NCBI GenBank assembly: GCA_963727485.1
Contig: CAVSGM010000002.1
Coordinates: 1,504,001-1,568,000 of the forward strand
Reading direction: 5' to 3'
From: an uncultured delta proteobacterium
GTDB lineage: Bacteria > Myxococcota > Myxococcia > SLRQ01
Length of the DNA stretch: 64,000 bases
Below are positions 56,029-64,000 of this stretch, piece after piece; position 1 is the stretch's first letter, and each line of letters begins with the position of its first letter. The translations under genes and the position numbers were made by a program. The notes below the pieces were generated by a model. It had not been told where the DNA came from. It searched no databases and saw nothing but the letters and a program-made list of their open reading frames with translations.

Positions 56029-56131
56029 GCACGCGGCAGACGCGCCCTGACTGAGGGCGGCCGGCGGGGGGAGCCCGGGCGCCGGTCGATTCTCCATATC
56101 CGGGTTGGGATCCGGCTGATATGCTCCTAGT

Positions 56132-56773
56132 ATGAATACCTACCGATCGCTGATGACGCTGGTGTTCTTCTCATTCACCTTCTCAGCCCTGGGGTGCGGG
56201 GGAGGCTTCGATCTTCAGGGGGCGCGAGCCGGGAGCGGGTTCGATGTCAACGCCGAGGGATGGACGATCACGGGCGACGCGCAGGCCGCGCACGTCAAGC
56301 CCGACTACAACGGCACCGGCGGCAACCCCGGTGGCCTCATCAGCGCGGTCGACGACGTCACCGGGGGCACCTGGTACTTCCAGGCACCGAGCAAGTACAT
56401 GGGCGATGCCAGCTCGACCTATGGCAAGTCGCTTCGCTTCGACCTGAAGACGACGGACGTGTCGAACCCCTTCGACAACTTCGACGTCATCCTCTCCGGC
56501 GCGGGGAAGGTGCTGGTGTTCAACACCGCCAACAACGCCGCGGTGGGGAAGTGGACCTCGTACAAGGTCAAGCTCGATGAGACCGCCGGGTGGGGGGTCA
56601 TCAACGCGGTGGGCGACAGCTACCCTTCCGACTGGAGCACCCTCCCCAAGCCCTCGGCCGCCGATTTCAAGGCCGTCCTCGGAGACGTCACCCAGCTTCT
56701 CATCCGCGGCGAGTTCAACGACGGGCCCGACACCGGCTTCCTCGACAACGTCCGCTTCGGCACCCCCAACTGA
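56132..56773 (+). CDS. Lipoprotein with laminin B (IV)-like domain
   Basis: Lipobox ALGC; WYFQAPSKYMGD...YGKSLRFDL and FKAVLGDVTQLLIRGEF...LDNVRF resemble laminin B domains. Confidence 0.72.
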   Translation: MNTYRSLMTLVFFSFTFSALGCGGGFDLQGARAGSGFDVNAEGWTITGDAQAAHVKPDYNGTGGNPGGLISAVDDVTGGTWYFQAPSKYMGDASSTYGKSLRFDLKTTDVSNPFDNFDVILSGAGKVLVFNTANNAAVGKWTSYKVKLDETAGWGVINAVGDSYPSDWSTLPKPSAADFKAVLGDVTQLLIRGEFNDGPDTGFLDNVRFGTPN

Positions 56774-57042
56774 TCCGGCTTCGGGTCAGTCGGTGTAGGC
56801 CACCGCGACCCAGCGCCCGTACTTCTTCTTGAAAACGGCGACGTAGCCGTGTCCGCCGAGGTCGGCGATGGCCACCCAGGCGTCCTTCAGGTCCAGCTTG
56901 CCGAGGCGGGCCGGCGGCGGGCCGTACTGCTGGACCATGGCGTCGGCCGGGAGCGTCTTCATCCCGTAGAGGGGCAGGCGGGAGAAGTCCTTGCCCTGGA
57001 AGAGCTCGGTGAGCAACTCGTCGACGGTGGGGCCGTCGCCGT

Positions 57043-57756
57043 CAAGTCCGGTGGGCGGAGCCCGAGCGTGGGCCAGGCCTCGTCGGCGCGGCACCGTGGG
57101 CAAGCCCAGGTGATCGAGGATACGGCGGACCACCGCGGGCTCCATGATCACCGCGACGACCTCCACCCTGCCTTGGCACTCGGGGCAGGTGGTGAGGTCG
57201 TGCCCGAAGACGCGCTTCAGCAGGTCGGCCCAGGGTATCCGGCGCTGGCGGACGTCGCTGGGCGGCTCCCAAGGCTGCCCACCGCTCCGGCTCGAGGTCG
57301 ATTGCTCGGGGTTCTGGCCCTTCGGGGGGACGAAGGCGGCCAGCCGGCGCAGGAGGTCGACCGGATCGAGTAGCAGCTGGCTGCGACCATCGCGCAGCGG
57401 CTTTCGCAGGCGATAGTAGACCTCGCCCCGCGTGCCCTCCTCCAGGCGGTGCTCGGCGAAGGGAGGCCGCAGACCGTAGCGCAGGATCCGCTCGAGGCCG
57501 GCCCGGTCATTGGGGTTGAAGGCGACGAGCTGCTCTCCGATGGACCGGCCCAGCTCGGCTGCGAGAACACGCCGTCGGGGAGGAAGCTGTGGAAGTGCAA
57601 GTTGAGGTTGAGTGCGTCGCCGAAGCGCTGGATGCAGGTGATGGAGCCAGCGAGGGGCCGTGCCACCCCGTTGCGACGGGCGCGACGGCAAAGCCAGGCG
57701 AAGAGCACCCGCTGGAAGACTCCGAGGACAGGCGTGACCAGCTCGGGACGCGTCAC
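57043..57756 (-). mobile_element. Degenerate IS91-family (Y2 rolling-circle) transposase fragment
   Basis: QRFGDALNLNLHFH, LRYGLRPPF, WADLLKRVFGHDLTTCPECQG...RILDHLGLP. Frameshifted, N-terminally truncated, internal segments missing. Confidence 0.82.
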
Positions 57757-58223
57757 CAGAAGGTCGCCAGGTGCCCGCGCACCAAGCGGTGGAAGAGACC
57801 CGAGGCCGGGGTGCGCGGTTGATGGGGGCGCTGCGAGGCCTGGAGAGACGGGGCGAGCAAGGGTCGCCGTGGGCTCGACTCGCCCTGGACGACGTCCGCG
57901 ATCCGGCGATGACGGCCCCAGGGAGCCACCGATGACGCGGCTGCGCTCACTCCGAGGGCTGGGCCGCGGGCGACCGCCACCGCGCTAGATGGTCCAGGAC
58001 GGATCCGAGTCACAGACCCCGGCCTGGTACACCGCCGCCACGATGCGCCCGGAGAGGTGGGCGGCGCGAACGCGGAAGGCGCGCTCGCCGAGGAGCAGGT
58101 GGCTCCCGAAGCCCACCAGGCCCAGGAAGACGATGCTCGCCACGGTCCCGCCCGCGGGCGCCGAGCCGGTCGGCCACTGGACCGTGTAGCGCCAGTTGCC
58201 CAGCAGGACCTTGGGATAGCCGT

Positions 58224-60530
58224 CTAGATTGCGGCGTTGACGTCGTCCTCGGTGAACTCCCACGGCAGCTCCTTGGAGGCCTTCAGCTCGTAGAACCCGC
58301 CGCAGAAGATCTTGTGGGGGCACGCCTCGCACTCCTCGTGATGGCTGCGCTGCGCCTTGAGGTACTCGAAGAGGTTCACGTCGGTGTTGTTCACGAACAC
58401 CATGTGCCGCTCGAGCTTGAGCAGGTCGCCCATCATGAACCGCTCGTAGCCGGGCATGAAGCAGAACGGGAGGTTGATGACCTGGAACTTCATCTTCCCC
58501 TCCCACCGGTCGATGACCGACATGGCCACCTTCGCCGCCGCGGCGGTGTCGGGGTTGACGAACACCGTGGCCCGGCCGAAGGGGGTGAGGAACTGGAGGT
58601 TCATCCACCGCAGCCCCAGGTCCCAGGCGAGCTCGGCCATGGCCGGCAGGTGGGCGTAGTTGCTCTTGGTGACGGTGACGTTCATCCCCAGCTCGACCCC
58701 CAGGGGCCGGTGCTTCACCGCGTGGCGGACCCCGGCGCAGGTCTGCTCGAAGGCCTCGGCGACGCCCACGTTCTGGGCGTGGGTCCTCGCGTCGTGGCCG
58801 TGGATCGAGAAGAGCAGGGTGGTCAGCCCCGAGCGCGTAAGGCTCCGGGCGAAGTCCTCGTAGACCAGGCGCCGGCCGTTGGTGGTGACGTTGATGCGCC
58901 GGTAGCCCAGGGCCCGGGCGTGGCGCACCAGGGGGATGATCTCCTCGTAGAGGGTGGGCTCGCCGCCGTCGAAGTCGACGAGATCGAGGCCCTGGGCCCG
59001 GTAGCGGGCGAGGATCTTCTTCTGGTTCTCGAAGCTCCCGTCGAGCTGGGTCCGGGTGCCCACCGCACAGAAGGTGCAGCGGTTGTTGCACCGGTAGGTG
59101 ACGTTCATGATCACCTTCCGCGGCCCGCGGCCCGCCTCCAGGCGCCGGTCGAAGGTCCACTTGAAGCGGCGGAGCTCCTCGGCGGTGAAGTCCTCGGAGG
59201 TGGTCACCGGGGTGTGCTGGAAGAGCGGCCCGAAGTCGTCGACCACCGGCAGGGGGGTCTTCGCCGCGGCGGCGGCGGTGTCGGCGAGGCGGGTGCCCGG
59301 CAGGGGCGTGGCGAACTGCACCCCGGGCCAGGCGCCGTAGGCCTCGTGGAGGTGCAGGGCCCAGTCGAGGGTGGTGTTGATCTGGGCCTTGGTCTCCCCG
59401 GGCATCCCGATGATGAAGTGGACCAGGGTGGGGATCCCGCGCGCGGCGGCGCCGGCGACCGTCTCCTCGACCCGGGCGAGGTCGAGGTTCTTGCCCACCA
59501 CCCGGTCGACCACGCCCTGGTCGCCGCTCTCGGCGGAGACCGAGAGGGTGGCCACGTGGCCGGCCATGGCGTCGAGGTGCGCCTCGGCCACCCAGTCGGC
59601 GCGCATCCCGTTGGGGAAGTCGAAGGCGAGGTCGTGGGGGGCGAGGGCGGCGAGGAGGGCCTCGAAGTGGCCCGGGTCGACGTTGACCATCTCGTCGAGG
59701 ACGTCGAGGCGGGTGGCGCCGTGCTCCCGGACCAGGGCGTCGACCGCCCGCGCCAGGTAGGCGGCGTCGTACCGGCGCTGGGTCTTCTTCTTCCCCTGGC
59801 GGCCGGGGTTCGAGGAGCAGTGGGCGCACCGGTAGGGGCAGCCCCGGCTGGAGACCATCGGCAGGGTCCGCCCGTCCACCGGGAAGGCCCAGGGCCCGCG
59901 ACCCAGGCCCGCGACCACCCGGGCGAGGAAGGCGTCCCGGGCGGGCAGATCGACCAGGTCCCAGGCGGGCAGCGGCAGGGCCGAGAGGGCGTCCACCTCG
60001 CCGCCGACCACGGTCTCGGGGACCTCGGGGCGGCCGCCGTCGAGGAGGCGCTGGAGGAGGGGCACCAGGGCCTCCTCGGCCTCGTACTTGAGGAGGGCGT
60101 CGACCTCGGGGTAGCTCGCCAGGGTCCCCTGGCCCGGCGCCTCCACGTAGTGCTGCCCGCTCTGGTAGAGGTCGGCGAGGACCACCGGCGCCTCCGGGAG
60201 GCGCGCCCGGAGACCCTCGAGGAGGGCCCCGAGGAGGGGATCGCGCCGGGGCGGGCGGTGGAACGGCGTGAGGGTGACCACCACCGCGTCGGGGGTGCCG
60301 AGGGCCCCGAGGACCTCGTCGAGGCCCGCGCCGAGGCGGACCCTGTCGCCGTCGAGGTCCTCGAGGGTGCTCCCGGGGAGGGCGAAGGCGTCGAGGAGGC
60401 GCACCTCGAGGCCCGCCTCCCGGATCACCGCCGCCGCCTGCGCCCCGGCGAGGTCGCAGTGGTAGGGGTAGTCGATGAAGTCCCGGGAGAGCCGGAGCGG
60501 CGGCTGGACGACGAGGACCCGAGGGGTCAT
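58224..60530 (-). CDS. B12-binding-type radical SAM domain fused to a second HxsC-like radical SAM domain
   Basis: RVLVVQPP, YEAEE, LPLPAWDL, SRGCPYRCAHC, SAESG, FIIGMPGET; then CNNRCTFC, GGEPT, NLPFC, CEACPHKIFCGG. Start may be 60554. Confidence 0.88.
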   Translation of the reverse strand: MTPRVLVVQPPLRLSRDFIDYPYHCDLAGAQAAAVIREAGLEVRLLDAFALPGSTLEDLDGDRVRLGAGLDEVLGALGTPDAVVVTLTPFHRPPRRDPLLGALLEGLRARLPEAPVVLADLYQSGQHYVEAPGQGTLASYPEVDALLKYEAEEALVPLLQRLLDGGRPEVPETVVGGEVDALSALPLPAWDLVDLPARDAFLARVVAGLGRGPWAFPVDGRTLPMVSSRGCPYRCAHCSSNPGRQGKKKTQRRYDAAYLARAVDALVREHGATRLDVLDEMVNVDPGHFEALLAALAPHDLAFDFPNGMRADWVAEAHLDAMAGHVATLSVSAESGDQGVVDRVVGKNLDLARVEETVAGAAARGIPTLVHFIIGMPGETKAQINTTLDWALHLHEAYGAWPGVQFATPLPGTRLADTAAAAAKTPLPVVDDFGPLFQHTPVTTSEDFTAEELRRFKWTFDRRLEAGRGPRKVIMNVTYRCNNRCTFCAVGTRTQLDGSFENQKKILARYRAQGLDLVDFDGGEPTLYEEIIPLVRHARALGYRRINVTTNGRRLVYEDFARSLTRSGLTTLLFSIHGHDARTHAQNVGVAEAFEQTCAGVRHAVKHRPLGVELGMNVTVTKSNYAHLPAMAELAWDLGLRWMNLQFLTPFGRATVFVNPDTAAAAKVAMSVIDRWEGKMKFQVINLPFCFMPGYERFMMGDLLKLERHMVFVNNTDVNLFEYLKAQRSHHEECEACPHKIFCGGFYELKASKELPWEFTEDDVNAAI

Positions 60531-60566
60531 GACGCCCGTTGTACCATCTGCCATCCTGGCTCCGCC

Positions 60567-60866
60567 ATGAGCGACCCCACGCCCCGCGACCGTCTCGCCC
60601 GCCTCATCCGCCCTCTGCCCGTGGACGGACCGTTCCTCAAGCAGTGGCGGGTGGGCGCCGTCGAGGGCGACGCCGAGGGGCTGAAGGTGACCCTCGACCA
60701 CCCGACCTACGGCCCGGTGGCCCTCGAGATCGCCCGGGCCTCCGGCGCCCCGGCCTTCGCCCGGACCAACCACTTCGAGGTGCGCCATGGCGCCGGCGGG
60801 CTCACCGAGCGGCAGCAGGACGCGGTGCGGACCCTGGTCCGGGCGATCCTCGCAAACGGGATGTGA
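60567..60866 (+). CDS. Small hypothetical protein (stand-alone copy of the recurring beta-sheet/helix module)
   Basis: MSDPTPRDRL...AFARTNHFEVRHG...AVRTLVRAILANGM; codon usage fits the rest of the window. Confidence 0.65.
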   Translation: MSDPTPRDRLARLIRPLPVDGPFLKQWRVGAVEGDAEGLKVTLDHPTYGPVALEIARASGAPAFARTNHFEVRHGAGGLTERQQDAVRTLVRAILANGM

Positions 60867-60892
60867 TTCCAGTTAGTTGGTTGGCTCCGGCG

Positions 60893-60908
60893 GACTAACG
60901 CATTAGTC
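60893..60908. promoter_or_regulatory. Palindromic operator candidate GACTAA-CGCA-TTAGTC
   Basis: Perfect 6-bp AT-rich inverted repeat upstream of the hydrolase-tetR unit. Confidence 0.6.
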
Positions 60909-60941
60909 TGACACCGTGAGCAATCCCACCAGGAGGTCCCC

Positions 60942-61234
60942 ATGCAGCCCGCCACCCCGGCCACCGTCCTGCTCCGTCGCCCTCCCGCGAGGTCCACGGC
61001 GCCGGCGCCGAGACCGTCGTCTGCCTCCCGGGCATGGGCGACGTCCGCGGCGAGTACCGCCACCTGGTCCCCCGCCTGGTCGCCGCCGGCCTCCGGGTAG
61101 GGGTCGCCGACCTCCGGGGCCTCGGCCACTACCCCCACCTCGAGGACCCGGCGGCGGTCGCCCGGCTCATCGTCGAGACCACCGGCGGGACCCACGGCCA
61201 CCCGCACGGCGACGGGGCCCGGCATGTCGCCTAG
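60942..61234 (+). pseudogene. Alpha/beta hydrolase remnant with large internal deletion
   Basis: VVCLPGMGD...ADLRGLG is joined directly to HYPHLEDPAAVA, with no nucleophile region; AGGAGG ribosome-binding site before ATG 60942. Confidence 0.65.
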
Positions 61235-61841
61235 GTCCGCCGCCAAGGCCCCCCGCCGCGCGCCCCTGTCCCGGGCGGCGGTGGTCGACGCCGCCGTGGC
61301 CCTGGTCCTCGAGGAGGGCGCCTCGGCCCTCGGCATCAACCGGGTGGCCCGGGCGCTGCGGATCCGGCCGCCGTCCCTCTACGACCACGTGGCCAGCGGC
61401 GACGACCTCAAGCGCGCGGTGGTCATCGAGGGGTGGCGCCGCCTCGGCGACCGGTTCGCCGAGCTCGAGGGGGCCCCGGCCGAGGCCGACCCCAAGGCGA
61501 CCCTCGCCGCCATCGCCGAGCGCTTCCGGGACTTCGTCCTGGAGGGGCCCGCCCTCTACCAGCTCATGTCCCAGACCCCCATCGCCCAGGGCGACGCCGA
61601 GTTCGCCGGGGTGCAGGCGGCCATCCTCGGGACCTTCGCCCGGGCCCTGGCGCCCCTGGGCCTGACGGGCGACGACGTCATCCACGCCACCCGGGCCCTG
61701 CGCGCCGCCACCCACGGCTTCGTCCTCCTCGAGGCCACCGGCCAGTTCGCCCTCGCCCAGGACCCCGCCGAGAGCTACCGGCGCCTGGTGGGCTGGCTGG
61801 TCGCCGGCCTCGGCGCCGAAACCGGGGACGCCGCCTCATAG
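61224..61841 (+). CDS. TetR/AcrR family transcriptional regulator (WHG-like C-terminus)
   Basis: LSRAAVVDAA...LGINRVARALRIRPPSLYDHV; ATHGFVLLE. Confidence 0.92.
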   Translation: MSPRSAAKAPRRAPLSRAAVVDAAVALVLEEGASALGINRVARALRIRPPSLYDHVASGDDLKRAVVIEGWRRLGDRFAELEGAPAEADPKATLAAIAERFRDFVLEGPALYQLMSQTPIAQGDAEFAGVQAAILGTFARALAPLGLTGDDVIHATRALRAATHGFVLLEATGQFALAQDPAESYRRLVGWLVAGLGAETGDAAS

Positions 61842-61900
61842 CCTCACCGCCCAGCGCCGTGGGCGTCCTTGGCACCCCCCGGTACCCCTCGGAACGCGTC

Positions 61901-61938
61901 ACGTTGGGAGACGTTGGGAGACGTTGGGAGACGTTGGG
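61901..61938. repeat. Intergenic 10-bp tandem repeat (ACGTTGGGAG), about 3.8 copies
   Basis: Directly visible. Confidence 0.9.
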
Positions 61939-62062
61939 GCGGATTGCCCCAATGGGATACGTTGTGATGCGCTCGACGGGGCGGCCGCCCGCCGCCCGCC
62001 GCCCGCCGCCCGCGCCCCCGCGCCCCGCCGGCCGCCGGCCGGGCACGCTCGGCAACCCGCGG

Positions 62063-62727
62063 CTAGGGCGAGAACACCAGCGGGTAGTTCACCGTGACGC
62101 CCTTGGGGTCCTTCGGGGGCTCGAAGCGCAGGCCCGAGAGCACCGAGAGCACGCAGCCGTCGAGGAAGCGGTTCCCCAGCCCCCCCTGGGCGACCCTCAC
62201 GGCGGTGACCCGGGCCACCGCGGGGTCGGCGCCGGGCTCGGGGGCGCCAATGTGGAAGGTGGTGACCACCCGGCCACCGGCGCTGGGGTTCAGGTCGAGC
62301 CAGGGGAGGTAGCAGGCCTTCAGCTGGGGGACCGAGGCCTTCACCGCGTCCTGGATGCCCTTGGGGCCCACCGGGAAGCGCCGGTCGGCCGCGCCCGGGG
62401 CCCTGGGACCCTTCGGCGCGGCGGCGGCGTGGGCGGCGGCGGCGGGGCGGCGGCGGCGCGGGCGGCGGCCTCGAAGGCCTTCGCCAGGGGGGCGAGCTCG
62501 GCGCGCTCCGCGGGGGTGAGCCTCGCGAGGGCGGCGCGGCCCTCGGCGACGGTGTGGGGCACGGCCGGGTCCGCGGCCTTCGCCCCGGGTGACGGGGGCG
62601 CGGCGGCCCGCGACGGGGCGGGCCGGGGCGGCGCCGGCGGGGGATGGGCCGGGGTCTCGACCACGAACCACACGGCGCCGGCGACCACCAGGGCCACGAT
62701 CCCCAGGCTGATGACGTGCTTGCGCAT
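62063..62727 (-). CDS. AgmX/PglI C-terminal (TonB-like) domain membrane protein (frameshift near 62420)
   Basis: N-terminal TM, Pro-rich linker, QLKACY...GRVVTTFHI...GCVLSVLSGLRF...VTVNYPLVF. Confidence 0.75.
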
Positions 62728-62821
62728 CCGGCGCGTCCTCCCGCGAGCCCCGGGCCGGCCCAAGCCGCGCCGACCCCAGCTCATCCGGTGTAGCCTAGGG
62801 GCACCCCGGAGGGAACCCGAC

Positions 62822-64000
62822 ATGCACCGCCGCGCCACAGGCAACGTCCTCGCCGCCGTCCTCGCTGCCGGCTTCGCCGCCGGCCTCGGCGCCTGCGGGG
62901 GCGCCGGCGCTGGGGGGAAGGACCCCTGCGTCGGGGTCGACTGCTCGGGGCACGGCCAGTGCGCGGTCATCGGCGGCGCCGAGGCGGCGTGCGTCTGCGA
63001 CGCCGGCTACGAGGCCTCGGGCCTCGCCTGCGTCGCCCCGGGCGCGGGCCCCACCGTGCCCCCGGGCGGGGCCAGCCTGGGCCTCACCGTCCCCTCGCCC
63101 TTCGTGGAGCGGCTCTCCCCCGGGGGCGGGTACCTGGACTACGTCGCCATGGCGACCACCGCCGACCCGGCGCGCTTCACCCTCGGCCACGAGAAGGTCC
63201 GGGACCTCGCCACCGGCCACGAGGTCGACCTGGGCGCCGCCACCCTCCACTGCGGCCCGGGGGGGTGCGCCATCTACGGGGAGCGCCTCACCTTCGCCGA
63301 GGCCCCGGGGGTGGGCCGGGCGCTGGTGAGCCAGGCGGGCGGCGCGGCGATCGTGGACCTCATCACCGGCGACCAGACCCCCATCCCCCTGCCGGCGAAG
63401 CAGTTCGTCATCGGCCGGATGCCCGACCTCTCGGGGGTGGTCTCGATGAAGCAGACCTACGGCGGCCACCCGGGGGCGGTGAGCTACGTGGACCTCGGCA
63501 GCGGCAAGGTCACCCAGCTCGCGGCCACCGCCAACGACCCCTCGTCCCTCGGCGACGTGGCCCTCGCGGGCGAGGGGTCCTCGGGCACCGTGGCCCTGCA
63601 CCTCTACGTGTCCGGGGGCGAGGAGCTCGACCTGTGGGCGGTCCCGGGCCTCGCCGAGACCCAGGTGGGCCCGATCCACGCCGTCCACCTGGGCCTCGCC
63701 CCGGGCCGCCTGGTCTTCGTCGACTGTGGCACCGGCTCCCGGTGCATCACCGGCGAGGTGCGCTCGGTGCCCCTCTCCGGCGCGCCGGTGGCCGATTCCG
63801 GGGGCCCCGGGGACTGGCGCGATCCCTCGCCCTCGGGGACCTTCGTCCTGGTCGGCCACGGCCAGGCGTGGTCGGTGGTCCGCCTCGACGGCACCGGGCG
63901 CCCCCAGGCCCTCCCGGACCCGGTCTCCAGCGTCCAGTGGCGCGACGACGCCAGCTTCTACTACCTGGACGGCCAGGGGGACCTGAAGCGCTACGACACC
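62822..64000 (+). CDS. Lipoprotein with EGF-like Cys motif and beta-rich repeats (runs off the window end)
   Basis: Manual translation: MHRRATGNVLAAVLAAGFAAGLGAC...DPCVGVDCSGHGQC...CVCDAGYEASGLAC. Confidence 0.72.
   Translation, partial: MHRRATGNVLAAVLAAGFAAGLGACGGAGAGGKDPCVGVDCSGHGQCAVIGGAEAACVCDAGYEASGLACVAPGAGPTVPPGGASLGLTVPSPFVERLSPGGGYLDYVAMATTADPARFTLGHEKVRDLATGHEVDLGAATLHCGPGGCAIYGERLTFAEAPGVGRALVSQAGGAAIVDLITGDQTPIPLPAKQFVIGRMPDLSGVVSMKQTYGGHPGAVSYVDLGSGKVTQLAATANDPSSLGDVALAGEGSSGTVALHLYVSGGEELDLWAVPGLAETQVGPIHAVHLGLAPGRLVFVDCGTGSRCITGEVRSVPLSGAPVADSGGPGDWRDPSPSGTFVLVGHGQAWSVVRLDGTGRPQALPDPVSSVQWRDDASFYYLDGQGDLKRYDT

Overview
Very GC-rich bacterial DNA, most likely Myxococcota (MYXO-CTERM protein, Ser/Thr kinase-PEGA cassette, AgmX/PglI-like protein). 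The main feature is a very large His-Xaa-Ser (Hxs) RiPP-like locus spanning about 11.5-60.9 kb. Its core operon is hxsD, hxsD-like, hxsB and a precursor (47-aa leader + HVS-(HGS)18-W). Within the locus I count 13 radical SAM genes including hxsB, carrying 17 radical SAM domains, most of them HxsC-like. It also has two flavin-dependent halogenase-like enzymes (one with an RRE-like region), a stand-alone aKG-HExxH protein, a metallo-beta-lactamase-fold protein, a UbiA prenyltransferase, membrane proteins and an ABC exporter. A short unnamed beta-sheet/helix module appears to recur in about 8 of these proteins. Other observations: a UGA-interrupted UxxC peroxiredoxin-like selenoprotein missed by the ORF track; many frameshifts falling exactly at GATC->GAATC (probably methylation-linked long-read errors rather than pseudogenes); repeated TAnnnT boxes just upstream of start codons (leaderless-type promoters); and an IS91-like remnant. 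All family calls come from motif recognition by eye, not database searches.
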